Source of the DNA: the human T2T-CHM13v2.0 reference genome, Homo sapiens
Assembly (NCBI RefSeq): GCF_009914755.1
Contig: NC_060948.1
Direction: 5' to 3' (one strand)
DNA: 64,000 nucleotides
The number at the start of each line of letters is the position of its first letter. Positions within the stretch are counted from its first letter, which is position 1. Positions 1 to 14,905 of the stretch are shown one piece after another. Below the pieces are notes generated by a model. The model worked only from the letters and a program-made list of their open reading frames with translations. It did no database searches and was not told the origin of the DNA. A program made the translations under genes and the position numbers.

Positions 1-1644
1 ATGGAATCGAATGGAAAGGAATCGAATGGAAGGGAATGAAATTGAATCAACAGGAATGGAAGGGAATAGAATAGACGGTAATGGAATGGACTCGAATAGA
101 ATGGACACGAATGCTCAAATTGAATGGACTCGAATGGAATGGAAACGAAAGGAATGTCATCGAATGGAATTGAATCGATTGGAATGAAATCGCATAGAAT
201 GGAGTGGAATCAAATGGAATTGAATCGAAAGCAAAGGAAGCGAATGGACTGAAATGAAATGGAATGGAATTGAATGGAAAGTAATGCAATGGAATAGAAT
301 GGAACGAAATTTCACGGAATGGAATCAAACTGAATGGAATCAAATCAATGGAATCAAATCAAATGGAATGGAAAGGAATTGAATGGAGTAGATTGGATTG
401 GATGGGATTGGAATGAAATGTACTGGAAAGGACTCGAATTTCATGAAACGGAATGGAATGAATTGGAACGGAATGGACTCGAATGGAATGGAATGTCATG
501 GAATGGCATCAAATGGAATGGCATCAAATGGAATGGAATCGAATGCAATGGAATGCTATGGAATGGAATGGAATGCATTGGAATGGAATGTCCTCTAATG
601 GAATGGATTCGAGTGGAATGGAATCGAATATAATGGAGTCGAATGAAATGGAATTGAAAGGAATGGGATCGAATACAATGGAATATACTGGAATGTAATG
701 TAATGAACTCGAATGTAATTGACTGGAATGGAATGTACATGAATGGAATGTAATCGAATGGAAAGTAATCCAATGGAATAGAATCTAATGCAATAAAATC
801 GACTCAGATAGAGTAGAATGTAATGGAATGGAGTGCAGTGCAATGGAATGGAATGGAATGGAATGCAATTGAATGGAATGGAATGGAATGGAATGGAATG
901 GAATGGAATGGAATGGAATGGGATGGAATGGTATGGAATGGATAGTAATGGACTGGAGTGAAATGGACTGGAAAGGAATGGACTCAAATTGAAAGGGCTC
1001 GAAAGGAATGGAGTCAAATGGAATGGTCTGGAATGGAATGAACACGAATGTAATGCAATCCAATAGAATGGAATCGAATGGCATGGAATATAAAGAAATG
1101 GAATCGGAGAGAATGGAAACAAATGGAATGGAATTGAATGGAATGGGAACGAATGGAGTGAAATTGTATGCAGTAGAAGGGAATAGAATGGAATGCAAGC
1201 GAAAGGAAAGGAATGGATTGGAATGGAATGGAATTCATTGGAATGGAAGGGAATGTAGTGTAATGGACAGGCCTGGAATAAAGTGGAATGCTACGGTCTC
1301 GAATGGAATAAAAATGTATGGAATGGAATGCAATGAAACGGAATCGAATGTCATAGAATGTAATGGAATGCAAAAAAATGGAATCCAAAATCATTGACTG
1401 GAAAGGCTGGGTGTCGAAAGGAATTGACTCCAATGGAATGGAATCGAATGGAATGGAAGTGAATAGAATCGAACTAAATCGAATGGAATTTAATTGATAG
1501 GAACGGAATGGAAAGGAATGCAATGATTTGGCATGGAATGGAATCGAATGACATCGAATGGAATGGAATGGAATGCAATGGAATGGAACGTATTAGAATG
1601 TAATGAACTTTAATGGAATGTACTTGAATGGATTCGACTGGAAT

Positions 1645-1659
1645 GGAATGTTCTGGAAG
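1645..1659. promoter_or_regulatory. Perfect 3-unit heat shock element motif (nGAAnnTTCnnGAAn), site 1 of each DYZ1 unit
   Basis: gGAAtgTTCtgGAAg; also at 5204, 8163, 11712, 15281, 18825, 22369, 25908, 29452. The motif match is direct; function is inferred. Confidence 0.5.
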
Positions 1660-1924
1660 TGAATGGACTCCAATGGAATGGATTCAAAAGGAATGGAATC
1701 GTACGGAATGGAATCTAATGGAATGGAATTAAATGGAAATGAATCAAATTGAATAGCACGGAATTGAATTGAATGGAATGGAATGCAATGGAATCTAATG
1801 AAACGGAAAGGAAAGGAATGGAATGGAATGGAATGGGCTGGAATGGAAAGGAATCGAAACGAATGGAATGGAATCGAACTGAAGAGACTGGAATGGAATG
1901 CACTGGAATGGAAGGGAGTGTAAT

Positions 1925-1939
1925 GGAAGGTTCTCGAAA
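1925..1939. promoter_or_regulatory. Perfect 3-unit heat shock element motif, site 2 of each DYZ1 unit
   Basis: gGAAggTTCtcGAAa, 280 bp after site 1 in all nine units. Function is inferred. Confidence 0.5.
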
Positions 1940-4828
1940 AAAATGAAATGGAATGGAATAGAATTGAATGGAACGGAATAGAGTCGAATGGAATTGAATG
2001 GAATGGAATGGACTAGAGTGAAATGGAATCGAACCACAAGGAATGGACAGGAATAGAATGGTCTCGAATTGAATGGAATCGTATGGAATGGCATCAAACG
2101 GAATGGAATGGACAGCCACTGAATGGAATGCACTCGAATGCAATGGAGTCGAAACTAATGGACTGGAATAGAATGGACTCGACTGGTACGGACTCCAATG
2201 GAATGGAATCGAACGGAATGGACTCGAAGGGAAAAGACTGCAATGGAAAGGTCTCGAATGGAATGGAAATTAATGGAATGGAATGGAATCGAATGAAATG
2301 GAGTCAAAAGGAATGGAATCGAATGGCAAGAAATCGAATGTAATGGAATCGCAAGGAATTGATGTGAACAGAACGGAATGGAATGGAATCCAAAGGAATG
2401 GAATAGAATGGAATGGAATCGAATGGAAAGGACTCGAATGGAAATCACTCGAATAGAATGCAATTTAATAAAATAGGATCAAATGTAATGGAATGGAATG
2501 GAAAGGAATTGAAACGAAAGGAATGGAGACAGATGGAATGGAATGGAACAGAGAGCAATGGTATAGAATGGAATGGAATCATCTGGAATGGAATTGAATG
2601 GAATGGAATAATATGAAATGGAATGGAATGGAATGGAATGGAATGCCCTTGAATTAAATGGACTGGAATGGAATGGACTCGAACAGAGTGGAATGGAAAG
2701 TGTTGAGATAGAATGGAATGGACTCCTTTGGAATGGTGTAGTATGCAATGCAATCGACTGGCAGGGAATCAAAAGGAATGTAATGGAATGGACTGGACTG
2801 GAATGCAATGGACTCGAATAGATTGGAAACGGAATGCAAAGGAATGGAATGGAATAGTATGGAATGGAATGGAAAGGAATGGAGTGGAATAGACTAGAGT
2901 GGAATGGAATGGACTGGAAAGCAATGGACTGGAATGGATCTTTCTTGAATGGACTGGAATCAAACGGAATGGAATGCAATGCAATCAAATGGCATGGAAT
3001 AAAATAGAATGAAAGAGAATCAAATGGAATTGAATCGAATGGAATCGAATGGATTGGAAAGGAATAGAATGGAATGGAATGGAATTGACTCAAATGGAAT
3101 GGACTAGAATGGAATGGATTCGAATGGAAGGCAAAGGAATGGAATCTATTGGAATGGACTGTAATGGAATGGAATGGAAGGGATTGGAATGGACTCGAAT
3201 GGAATGGACTGCAATAGAAAGGATTCGAATGGAATGAAAAAGAATTGAATGGAATAGAACAGAATGGAATCAAATCGAATGAAATGGAATGGAATAGAAA
3301 GGAATGGAATGAAATGGAATGGAAAGGATTCGAATGGAATGCAATCGAATGGAATGGAATCGAACGGAATGGAATAAAATGGAAGAAAACTGGCAAGAAA
3401 TGGAATCGAAATGAATGGAGTGTTATGGAATGGACTCAAAAGGAATTGAATGTAATAGATTGGAGTGGAGTGGACTCGAATATAATGGACTGGAATGGAA
3501 TGAAATCACATGGAATGGGAACGAATGGAATGGAATGGAAAGGAATGGAATCGAATGGAAAGGAATCGAATGGAAGGGAATGAAATTGAATCAACAGGAA
3601 TGGAAGGGAATAGAATAGACGGCAATGGAATGGACTCGAATAGAATGGACACGAATGCTCAAATTGAATGGACTCGAATGGAATGGAAACGAAAGGAATG
3701 TCATCGAATGGAATTGAATCGATTGGAATGAAATCGCATAGAATGGAGTGGAATCAAATGGAATTGAATCGAAAGGAAAGGAAGCGAATGGACTGAAATG
3801 AAATGGAATGGAATTGAATGGAAATTAATGCAATGGAATAGAATGGAACGAAATTTCACGGAATGGAATCAAACTGAATGGAATCAAATCAATGGAATCT
3901 AATCAAATGGAATGGAAAGGAATTGAATGGAGTAGATTGGATTGGATGGGATTGGAATGAAATGTACTGGAAAGGACTCGAATTTCATGAAACGGAATGG
4001 AATGAATTGGAACGGAATGGACTCGAATGGAATGGAATGTCATGAAATGGCATCAAATGGAATGGCATCAAATGGAATGGAATCGAATGCAATGGAATGG
4101 TATGGAATGGAATGGAATGCATTGGAATGGAATGTCCTCTAATGGAATGGATTCGAGTGGAATGGAATCGAATATAATGGAGTCGAATGAAATGGAATTG
4201 AAAGGAATGGGATCGAATACAATGGAATATACTGGAATGTAATGTAATGAACTCGAATGTAATTGACTGGAATGGAATGTACACGAATGGAATGTAATCG
4301 AATGGAAAGTAATCCAATGGAATAGAATCTAATGCAATAAAACCGACTCAGATAGAGTAGAATGTAATGGAATGGAGTGCAGTGCAATGGAATGGAATTG
4401 AATTGAATGCAATGGAATGGAATCGAATGGAATGGAATGGAATGGAATGGAATGGAATGGAATGGGATGGAATGGTATGGAATGGATAGTAATGGACTGG
4501 AGTGAAATGGACTGGAAAGGAATGGACTCAAATTGAAAGGGCTCGAAAGGAATGGAGTCAAATGGAATGGTCTGGAATGGAATGAACACGAATGTAATGC
4601 AATCCAATAGAATGGAATCGAATGGCATGAAATATAAAGAAATGGAATCGAAGAGAATGGAAACAAATGGAATGGAATTGAATGGAATGGAATTGAATGG
4701 AATGGGAACGAATGGAGTGAAATTGTATGCAGTAGAAGGGAATAGAATGGAATGCAAGCGAAAGGAAAGGAATGGATTGGAATGGAATGGAATTCATTGG
4801 AATGGAAGGGAATGTAGTGTAATGGACA

Positions 4829-7787
4829 GGCCTGGAATAAAGTGGAATGCTACGGTCTCGAATGGAATAAAAATGTATGGAATGGAATGCAATGAAACGG
4901 AATCGAATGTCATAGAATGTAATGGAATGCAAAAAAATGGAATCCAAAATCATTGACTGGAAAGGCTGGGTGTCGAAAGGAATTGACTCCAATGGAATGG
5001 AATCGAATGGAATGGAAGTGAATAGAATCGAACTAAATCGAATGGAATGGAATTGATAGGAACGGAATGGAAAGGAATGCAATGATTTGGCATGGAATGC
5101 AATCGAATGGCATCGAATGGAATGGAATGGAATGCAATGGAATGGAATGTATTAGAATGTAATGAACTTTAAAGGAATGTACTCGAATGGATTCGACTGG
5201 AATGGAATGTTCTGGAAGTGAATGGACTCCAATGGAATGGATTCAAAAGGAATGGAATCGTACGGAATGGAATCTAATGGAATGGAATTAAATGGAAATG
5301 AATCAAATTGAATAGCACGGAATTGAATTGAATGGAATGGAATGCAATGGAATCTAATGAAACGGAAAGGAAAGGAATGGAATGGAATGGAATGGACTGG
5401 AATGGAAAGGAATCGAAACGAATGGAATGGAATCGAACTGAAGAGACTGGAATGGAATGCACTGGAATGGAAGGGAGTGTAATGGAAGGTTCTCGAAAAA
5501 AATGGAATCGAATGGAATGGAATTGAATGGAACGGAATAGAGTCGAATGGAATTGAATGGAATGGAATAATATGAAATGGAATGGAATGGAATGGAATGG
5601 AATGCCCTTGAATTAAATGGACTGGAATGGAATGGACTCGAACAGAGTGGAATGGAAAGTGTTGAGATAGAATGGAATGGACTCCTTTGGAATGGTGTAG
5701 TATGCAATGCAATCGACTGGCAGGGAATCAAAAGGAATGTAATGGAATGGACTGGACTGGAATGCAATGGACTCGAATAGATTGGAAACGGAATGCAAAG
5801 GAATGGAATGGAATAGTATGGAATGGAATGGAAAGGAATGGAGTGGAATAGACTAGAGTGGAATGGAATGGACTGGAAAGCAATGGACTGGAATGGATCT
5901 TTCTTGAATGGACTGGAATCAAACGGAATGGAATGCAATGCAATCAAATGGCATGGAATAAAATAGAATGAAAGAGAATCAAATGGAATTGAATCGAATG
6001 GAATCGAATGGATTGGAAAGGAATAGAATGGAATGGAATGGAATTGACTCAAATGGAATGGACTAGAATGGAATGGATTCGAATGGAAGGCAAAGGAATG
6101 GAATCTATTGGAATGGACTGTAATGGAATGGAATGGAAGGGATTGGAATGGACTCGAATGGAATGGACTGCAATAGAAAGGATTCGAATGGAATGAAAAA
6201 GAATTGAATGGAATAGAACAGAATGGAATCAAATCGAATGAAATGGAATGGAATAGAAAGGAATGGAATGAAATGGAATGGAAAGGATTCGAATGGAATG
6301 CAATCGAATGGAATGGAATCGAACGGAATGGAATAAAATGGAAGAAAACTGGCAAGAAATGGAATCGAAATGAATGGAGTGTTATGGAATGGACTCAAAA
6401 GGAATTGAATGTAATAGATTGGAGTGGAGTGGACTCGAATATAATGGACTGGAATGGAATGAAATCACATGGAATGGGAACGAATGGAATGGAATGGAAA
6501 GGAATGGAATCGAATGGAAAGGAATCGAATGGAAGGGAATGAAATTGAATCAACAGGAATGGAAGGGAATAGAATAGACGGCAATGGAATGGACTCGAAT
6601 AGAATGGACACGAATGCTCAAATTGAATGGACTCGAATGGAATGGAAACGAAAGGAATGTCATCGAATGGAATTGAATCGATTGGAATGAAATCGCATAG
6701 AATGGAGTGGAATCAAATGGAATTGAATCGAAAGGAAAGGAAGCGAATGGACTGAAATGAAATGGAATGGAATTGAATGGAAATTAATGCAATGGAATAG
6801 AATGGAACGAAATTTCACGGAATGGAATCAAACTGAATGGAATCAAATCAATGGAATCTAATCAAATGGAATGGAAAGGAATTGAATGGAGTAGATTGGA
6901 TTGGATGGGATTGGAATGAAATGTACTGGAAAGGACTCGAATTTCATGAAACGGAATGGAATGAATTGGAACGGAATGGACTCGAATGGAATGGAATGTC
7001 ATGAAATGGCATCAAATGGAATGGCATCAAATGGAATGGAATCGAATGTAATGGAATGGTATGGAATGGAATGGAATGCATTGGAATGGAATGTCCTCTA
7101 ATGGAATGGATTCGAGTGGAATGGAATCGAATATAATGGAGTCGAATGAAATGGAATTGAAAGGAATGGGATCGAATACAATGGAATATACTGGAATGTA
7201 ATGTAATGAACTCGAATGTAATTGACTGGAATGGAATGTACACGAATGGAATGTAATCGAATGGAAAGTAATCCAATGGAATAGAATCTAATGCAATAAA
7301 ACCGACTCAGATAGAGTAGAATGTAATGGAATGGAGTGCAGTGCAATGGAATGGAATTGAATTGAATGCAATGGAATGGAATCGAATGGAATGGAATGGA
7401 ATGGAATGGAATGGAATGGAATGGGATGGAATGGTATGGAATGGATAGTAATGGACTGGAGTGAAATGGACTGGAAAGGAATGGACTCAAATTGAAAGGG
7501 CTCGAAAGGAATGGAGTCAAATGGAATGGTCTGGAATGGAATGAACACGAATGTAATGCAATCCAATAGAATGGAATCGAATGGCATGAAATATAAAGAA
7601 ATGGAATCGAAGAGAATGGAAACAAATGGAATGGAATTGAATGGAATGGAATTGAATGGAATGGGAACGAATGGAGTGAAATTGTATGCAGTAGAAGGGA
7701 ATAGAATGGAATGCAAGCGAAAGGAAAGGAATGGATTGGAATGGAATGGAATTCATTGGAATGGAAGGGAATGTAGTGTAATGGACA
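4829..7787 (+). repeat. Short DYZ1 unit, 2959 bp
   Basis: GGCC at 4829 and 7788; lacks the ~615-bp GACTAGAGTGAAATGG...ATCATCTG segment; breakpoint within 5545-5568. Confidence 0.9.
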
Positions 7788-10700
7788 GGCCTGGAATAAA
7801 GTGGAATGCTACGGTCTCGAATGGAATAAAAATGTATGGAATGGAATGCAATGAAACGGAATCGAATGTCATAGAATGTAATGGAATGCAAAAAAATGGA
7901 ATCCAAAATCATTGACTGGAAAGGCTGGGTGTCGAAAGGAATTGACTCCAATGGAATGGAATCGAATGGAATGGAAGTGAATAGAATCGAACTAAATCGA
8001 ATGGAATGGAATTGATAGGAACGGAATGGAAAGGAATGCAATGATTTGGCATGGAATGCAATCGAATGGCATCGAATGGAATGGAATGGAATGCAATGGA
8101 ATGGAATGTATTAGAATGTAATGAACTTTAAAGGAATGTACTCGAATGGATTCGACTGGAATGGAATGTTCTGGAAGTGAATGGACTCCAATGGAATGGA
8201 TTCAAAAGGAATGGAATCGTACGGAATGGAATCTAATGGAATGGAATTAAATGGAAATGAATCAAATTGAATAGCACGGAATTGAATTGAATGGAATGGA
8301 ATGCAATGGAATCTAATGAAACGGAAAGGAAAGGAATGGAATGGAATGGAATGGACTGGAATGGAAAGGAATCGAAACGAATGGAATGGAATCGAACTGA
8401 AGAGACTGGAATGGAATGCACTGGAATGGAAGGGAGTGTAATGGAAGGTTCTCGAAAAAAATGGAATCGAATGGAATGGAATTGAATGGAACGGAATAGA
8501 GTCGAATGGAATTGAATGGAATGGAATGCACTAGAGTGAAATGGAATCGAACCACAAGGAATGGACAGGAATAGAATGGTCTCGAATTGAATGGAATCGT
8601 ATGGAATGGCATCAAACGGAATGGAATGGACAGCCACGGAATGGAATGCACTCGAATGCAATGGAGTCGAAACTAATTGACTGGAATAGAATGGACTCGA
8701 CTGGTACGGACACCAATGGAATGGAATCGAATGGAAGGGAATCGAACGGAATGGACTCGAAGGGAAAAGACTGCAATGGAAAGGTCTCGAATGGAATGGA
8801 AATTAATGGAATGGAATGGAATCGAATGAAATGGAGTCAAAAGGAATGGAATCGAATGGCAAGAAATCGAATGTAATGGAATCGCAAGGAATTGATGTGA
8901 ACGGAACGGAATGGAATGGAATCCAAAGGAATGGAATAGAATGGAATGGAATCGAATGGAAAGGACTCGAATGGAAATCACTCGAATAGAATGCTATTTA
9001 ATAAAATAGGATCAAATGGAATGGAATGGAATGGAAAGGAATCGAAACGAAAGGAATGGAGACAGATGGAATGGAATAGAACAGAGAGCAATGGTATAGA
9101 ATGGAATGGAATCATCTGGAATGGAATTGAATGGAATGGAATAATATGAAATGGAATGGAATGGAATGGAATGGAATGCCCTTGAATTAAATGGACTGGA
9201 ATGTAATGGACTCGAACAGAGTGGAATGGAAAGTGTTGAGATAGAATGGAATGGACTCCTTTGGAATGGTGTAGTATGCAATGCAATCGACTGGCATGGA
9301 ATCAAAAGGAATGTAATCGAATGGATTGGACTGGAATGCAATGGACTCGAATAGATTGGAAACGGAATGCAAAGGAATGGAATGGAATAGTATGGAATGG
9401 AATGGAAAGGAATGGAGTGGAATAGACTAGAGTGGAATGGAATGGACTGGAAAGCAATGGACTGGAATGGAACTTTCTTGAATGGACTGGAATCAAACTG
9501 AATGGAATGCAATGCAATCAAATGGCATGGAATAAAATAGAATGAAAGAGAATCAAATGGAATTGAATCGAATGGAATCGAATGGATTGGAAAGGAATAG
9601 AATGGAATGGAATGGAATGGACTCAAATGGAATGGACTAGAATGGAATGGATTCGAATGGAAGGCAAAGGAATGGAATCTATTGGAATGGACTGTAATGG
9701 AATGGAATGGAAGGGATTGGAATGGACTCGAATGGAATGGACTGCAATAGAAAGGATTCGAATGGAATGAAAAAGAATTGAATGGAATAGAACAGAATGG
9801 AATCAAATCGAATGAAATGGAATGGAATAGAAAGGAATGGAATGAAATGGAATGGAAAGGATTCGAATGGAATGCAATCGAATGGAATGGAATCGAACGG
9901 AATGGAATAAAATGGAAGAAAACTGGCAAGAAATGGAATCGAAATGAATGGAGTGTTATGGAACGGACTCAAAAGGAATTGAATGTAATAGAATGGAGTG
10001 GAGTGGACTCGAATATAATGGACTGGAATGGAATGAAATCACATGGAATGGGAACGAATGGAATGGAATGGAAAGGAATGGAATCGAATGGAAAGGAATC
10101 GAATGGAAGGGAATGAAATTGAATCAACAGGAATGGAAGGGAATAGAATAGACGGTAATGGAATGGACTCGAATAGAATGGACACGAATGCTCAAATTGA
10201 ATGGACTCGAATGGAATGGAAACGAAAGGAATGTCATCGAATGGAATTGAATCGATTGGAATGAAATCGCATAGAATGGAGTGGAATCAAATGGAATTGA
10301 ATCGAAAGGAAAGGAAGCGAATGGACTGAAACGAAATGGAATGGAATTGAATGGAAAGTAATGCAATGGAATAGAATGGAACGAAATTTCACGGAATGGA
10401 ATCAAACTGAATGGAATCAAATCAATGGAATCCAATCAAATGGAATGGAGTAGATTGGATTGGATGGGATTGGAATGAAATGTACTGGAAAGGACTCGAA
10501 TTTCATGAAACGAAATGGAATGAATTGGAACGGAATGGACTCGAATGGAATGGAATGTCATAGAATGGCATCAAATGGAATGGCATCAAATGGAATGGAA
10601 TCGAATGCAATGGAATGCTATGGAATGGAATGGAATGCATTGGAATGGAATGTCCTCTAATGGAATGGATTCGAGTGGAATGGAATCGAATATAATGGAG

Positions 10701-11336
10701 TCGAATGAAATGGAATTGAAAGGAATGGGATCGAATACAATGGAATATACTGGAATGTAATGTAATGAACTCGAATGTAATTGACTGGAATGGAATGTAC
10801 ATGAATGGAATGTAATCGAATGGAAAGTAATCCAATGGAATAGAATCTAATGCAATAAAATCGACTCAGATAGAGTAGAATGTAATGGAATGGAGTGCAG
10901 TGCAATGGAATGGAATGGAATGGAATGCAATGGAATGGAATGGAATGGAATGGAATGGAATGGAATGGAATGGGATGGAATGGTATGGAATGGATAGTAA
11001 TGGACTGGAGTGAAATGGACTGGAAAGGAATGGACTCAAATTGAAAGGGCTCGAAAGGAATGGAGTCAAATGGAACGGTCTGGAATGGAATGAACACGAA
11101 AGTAATGCAATCCAATAGAATGGAATCGAATGGCATGGAATATAAAGAAATGGAATCGAAGAGAATGGAAACAAAAGGAATGGAATTGAATGGAATGGAA
11201 TTGAATGGAATGGGAACGAATGGAGTGAAATTGTATGCAGTAGAAGGGAATAGAATGGAATGCAAGCGAAAGGAAAGGAATGGATTGGAATGGAATGGAA
11301 TTCATTGGAATGGGAGGGAATGTAGTGTAATGGACA
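7788..11336 (+). repeat. DYZ1 unit, 3549 bp
   Basis: GGCC at 7788 and 11337; 15-bp deletion near 10448. Confidence 0.9.
9469..9483. promoter_or_regulatory. Perfect 3-unit heat shock element motif, site 3 (polymorphic between units)
   Basis: gGAActTTCttGAAt intact at 9469, 13018, 27209, 30753; first GAA altered in the other five units. Confidence 0.4.
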
Positions 11337-14300
11337 GGCCTGGAATAAAGTGGAATGCTACGGTCTCGAATGGAATAAAAATGTATGGAATGGAATGCAA
11401 TGAAACGGAATCGAATGTCATAGAATGTAATGGAATGCAAAAAAATGGAATCCAAAATCATTGACTGGAAAGGCTGGGTGTCGAAAGGAATTGACTCCAA
11501 TGGAATGGAATCGAATGGAATGGAAGTGAATAGAATCGAACTAAATCGAATGGAATGGAATTGATAGGAACGGAATGGAAAGGAATGCAATGATTTGGCA
11601 CGGAATGGAATCGAATGGCATCGAATGGAATGGAATGGAATGCAATTGAATGGAACGTATTAGAATGTAATGAACTTTAATGGAATGTACTCGAATGGAT
11701 TCGACTGGAATGGAATGTTCTGGAAGTGAATGGACTCCAATGGAATGGATTCAAAAGGAATGGAATCGTACGGAATGGAATCTAATGGAATGGAATTAAA
11801 TGGAAATGAATCAAATTGAATAGCACGGAATTGAATTGAATGGAATCGAATGCAATGGAATCTAATGAAACGGAAAGGAAAGGAATGGAATGGAATGGAA
11901 TGGGCTGGAATGGAAAGGAATCGAAACGAATGGAATGGAATCGAACTGACGAGACTGGAATGGAATGCACTGGAATGGAAGGGAGTGTAATGGAAGGTTC
12001 TCGAAAAAAATGGAATCGAATGGAATGGAATTGAATGGAACGGAATAGAGTCGAATGGAATTGAATGGAATGGAATGGACTAGAGTGAAATGGAATCGAA
12101 CCACAAGGAATGGACAGGAATAGAATGGTCTCGAATTGATTGGAATCGTATGGAATGGCATCAAACGGAATGGAATGGACAGCCACGGAATGGAATGCAC
12201 TCGAATGCAATGGAGTCGAAACTAATGGACTGGAATAGAATGGATTCGACTGGTACGGACTCCAATGGAATGGAATCGAATGGAAGGGAATCGAACGGAA
12301 TGGACTCGAAGGGAAAAGACTGCAATGGAAAGGTCTCGAATGGAATGGAAATTAATGGAATGGAATGGAATCGAATGAAATGGAGTCAAAAGGAATGGAA
12401 TCGAATGGCAAGAAATCGAATGTAATGGAATCGCAAGGAATTGATGTGAACGGAACGGAATGGAATGGAATCCAAAGGAATGGAATAGAATGGAATGGAA
12501 TCGAATGGAAAGGACTCGAATGGAAATCACTCGAATAGAATGCAATTTAATAAAATAGGATCAAATGTAATGGAATGGAATGGAAAGGAATCGAAACGAA
12601 AGGAATGGAGACAGATGGAATGGAATGGAACAGAGAGCAATGGTATAGAATGGAATGGAATCATCTGGAATGGAATTGAATGGAATGGAATAATATGAAA
12701 TGGAATGGAATGGAATGGAATGGAATGCCCTTGAATTAAATGGACTGGAATGGAATGGACTCGAACAGAGTGGAATGGAAAGTGTTGGGATAGAATGGAA
12801 TGGACTCCTTTGGAATGGTGTAGTATGCAATGCAATCGACTGGCAGGGAATCAAAAGGAATGTAATCGAATGGATTGGACTGGAATGCAATGGACTCGAA
12901 TAGATTGGAAACGGAATGCAAAGGAATGGAATGGAATAGTATGGAATGGAATGGAAAGGAATGGAGTGGAATAGACTAGAGTGGAATGGAATGGACTGGA
13001 AAGCAATGGACTGGAATGGAACTTTCTTGAATGGACTGGAATCAAACGGAATGGAATGCAATGCAATCAAATGGCATGGAATAAAATAGAATGAAAGAGA
13101 ATCAAATGGAATTGAATCGAATGGAATCCAATGGATTGGAAAGGAATAGAATGGAATGGAATGGAATTGACTCAAATGGAATGGACTAGAATGGAATGGA
13201 TTCGAATGGAAGGCAAAGGAATGGAATCTATTGGAATGGACTGTAATGGAATGGAATGGAAGGGATTGGAATGGACTCGAATGGAATGGACTGCAATAGA
13301 TAGGATTCGAATGGAATGAAAAAGAATTGAATGGAATAGAACAGAATGGAATCAAATCGAATGAAATGGAATGGAATAGAAAGGAATGGAATGAAATGGA
13401 ATGGAAAGGATTCGAATGGAATGCAATCGAATGGAATGGAATCGAACGGAATGGAATAAAATGGAAGAAAACTGGCAAGAAATGGAATCGAAATGAATGG
13501 AGTGTTATGGAACGGACTCAAAAGGAATTGAATGTAATAGAATGGAGTGGAGTGGACTCGAATATAATGGACTGGAATGGAATGAAATCACATGGAATGG
13601 GAACGAATGGAATGGAATGGAAAGGAATGCAATCGAATGGAAAGGAATCGAATGGAAGGGAATGAAATTGAATCAACAGGAATGGAAGGGAATAGAATAG
13701 ACGGTAATGGAATGGACTCGAATTGAATGGACACGAATGTTCAAATTGAATGGACTCGAATGGAATGGAAACGAAAGGAATGTCATCGAATGGAATTGAA
13801 TCGATTGGAATGAAATCGCATAGAATGGAGTGGAATCAAATGGAATTGAATCGAAAGCAAAGGAAGCGAATGGACTGAAATGAAATGGAATGGAATTGAA
13901 TGGAAAGTAATGCAATGGAATAGAATGGAACGAAATTTCACGGAATGGAATCAAACTGAATGGAATCAAATCAATGGAATCTAATCAAATGGAATGGAAA
14001 GGAATTGAATGGAGTAGATTGGATTGGATGGGATTGGAATGAAATGTACTGGAAAGGACTCGAATTTCATGAAACGGAATGGAATGAATTGGAACGGAAT
14101 GGACTCGAATGGAATGGAATGTCATGGAATGGCATCAAATGGAATGGCATCAAATGGAATGGAATTGAATGCAATGGAATGCTATGGAATGGAATGGAAT
14201 GCATTGGAATGGAATGTCCTCTAATGGAATGGATTCGAGTGGAATGGAATCGAATATAATGGAGTCGAATGAAATGGAATTGAAAAGAATGGGATCGAAT

Positions 14301-14905
14301 ACAATGGAATATACTGGAATGTAATGTAATGAACTCGAATGTAATTGATTGGAATGGAATGTACATGAATGGAATGTAATCGAATGGAAAGTAATCCAAT
14401 GGAATAGAAACTAATGCAATAAAATCGACTCAAATAGAGTAGAATGTAATGGAATGGAGTGCAGTGCAATGGAATGGAATGGAATGGAATGCAATGGAAT
14501 GGAATGGAATGTTATGGAATGGAATGGAATGGATTGGAATGGGATGGAATGGTATGGAATGGATAGTAATGGACTGGAGTGAAATGGACTGGAAAGGAAT
14601 GGACTCAAATTGAAAGGGCTCGAAAGGAATGGAGTCAAATGGAATGGTCTGGAATGGAATGAACACGAATGTAATGCAATCCAATAGAATGGAATCGAAT
14701 GGCATGGAATATAAAGAAATGGAATCGAAGAGAATGGAAACAAATGGAATGGAATTGAATGGAATGGAATTGAATGGAATGGGAAGGAATGGAGTGAGAT
14801 TGTATGCAGTAGAAGAGAATAGAATGGAATGCAAGTGAAAGGAAAGGAATGGATTGGAATGGAATGGAATTCATTGGAATGGAAGGGAATGTAGTGTAAT
14901 GGACA
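11337..14905 (+). repeat. DYZ1 unit, 3569 bp
   Basis: GGCC at 11337 and 14906. Confidence 0.9.

Larger units (their letters stand above)
1270..4828 (+). repeat. DYZ1 unit, 3559 bp (HaeIII to HaeIII)
   Basis: GGCC at 1270 and 4829; has a 15-bp deletion near 2210 relative to most later units. Confidence 0.9.

Noticed and set aside
1277-1282. AATAAA polyadenylation-like hexamers in DYZ1 and TATA-like boxes in DYZ2
   Set aside because: Expected from base composition; no supporting transcript context visible
3894-3905. DUX4-like motif (GAATCTAATCA, and TAATCCAATGG elsewhere)
   Set aside because: One to two mismatches from TAAYYYAATCA, present in only some units, and expected by chance from pentamer variants
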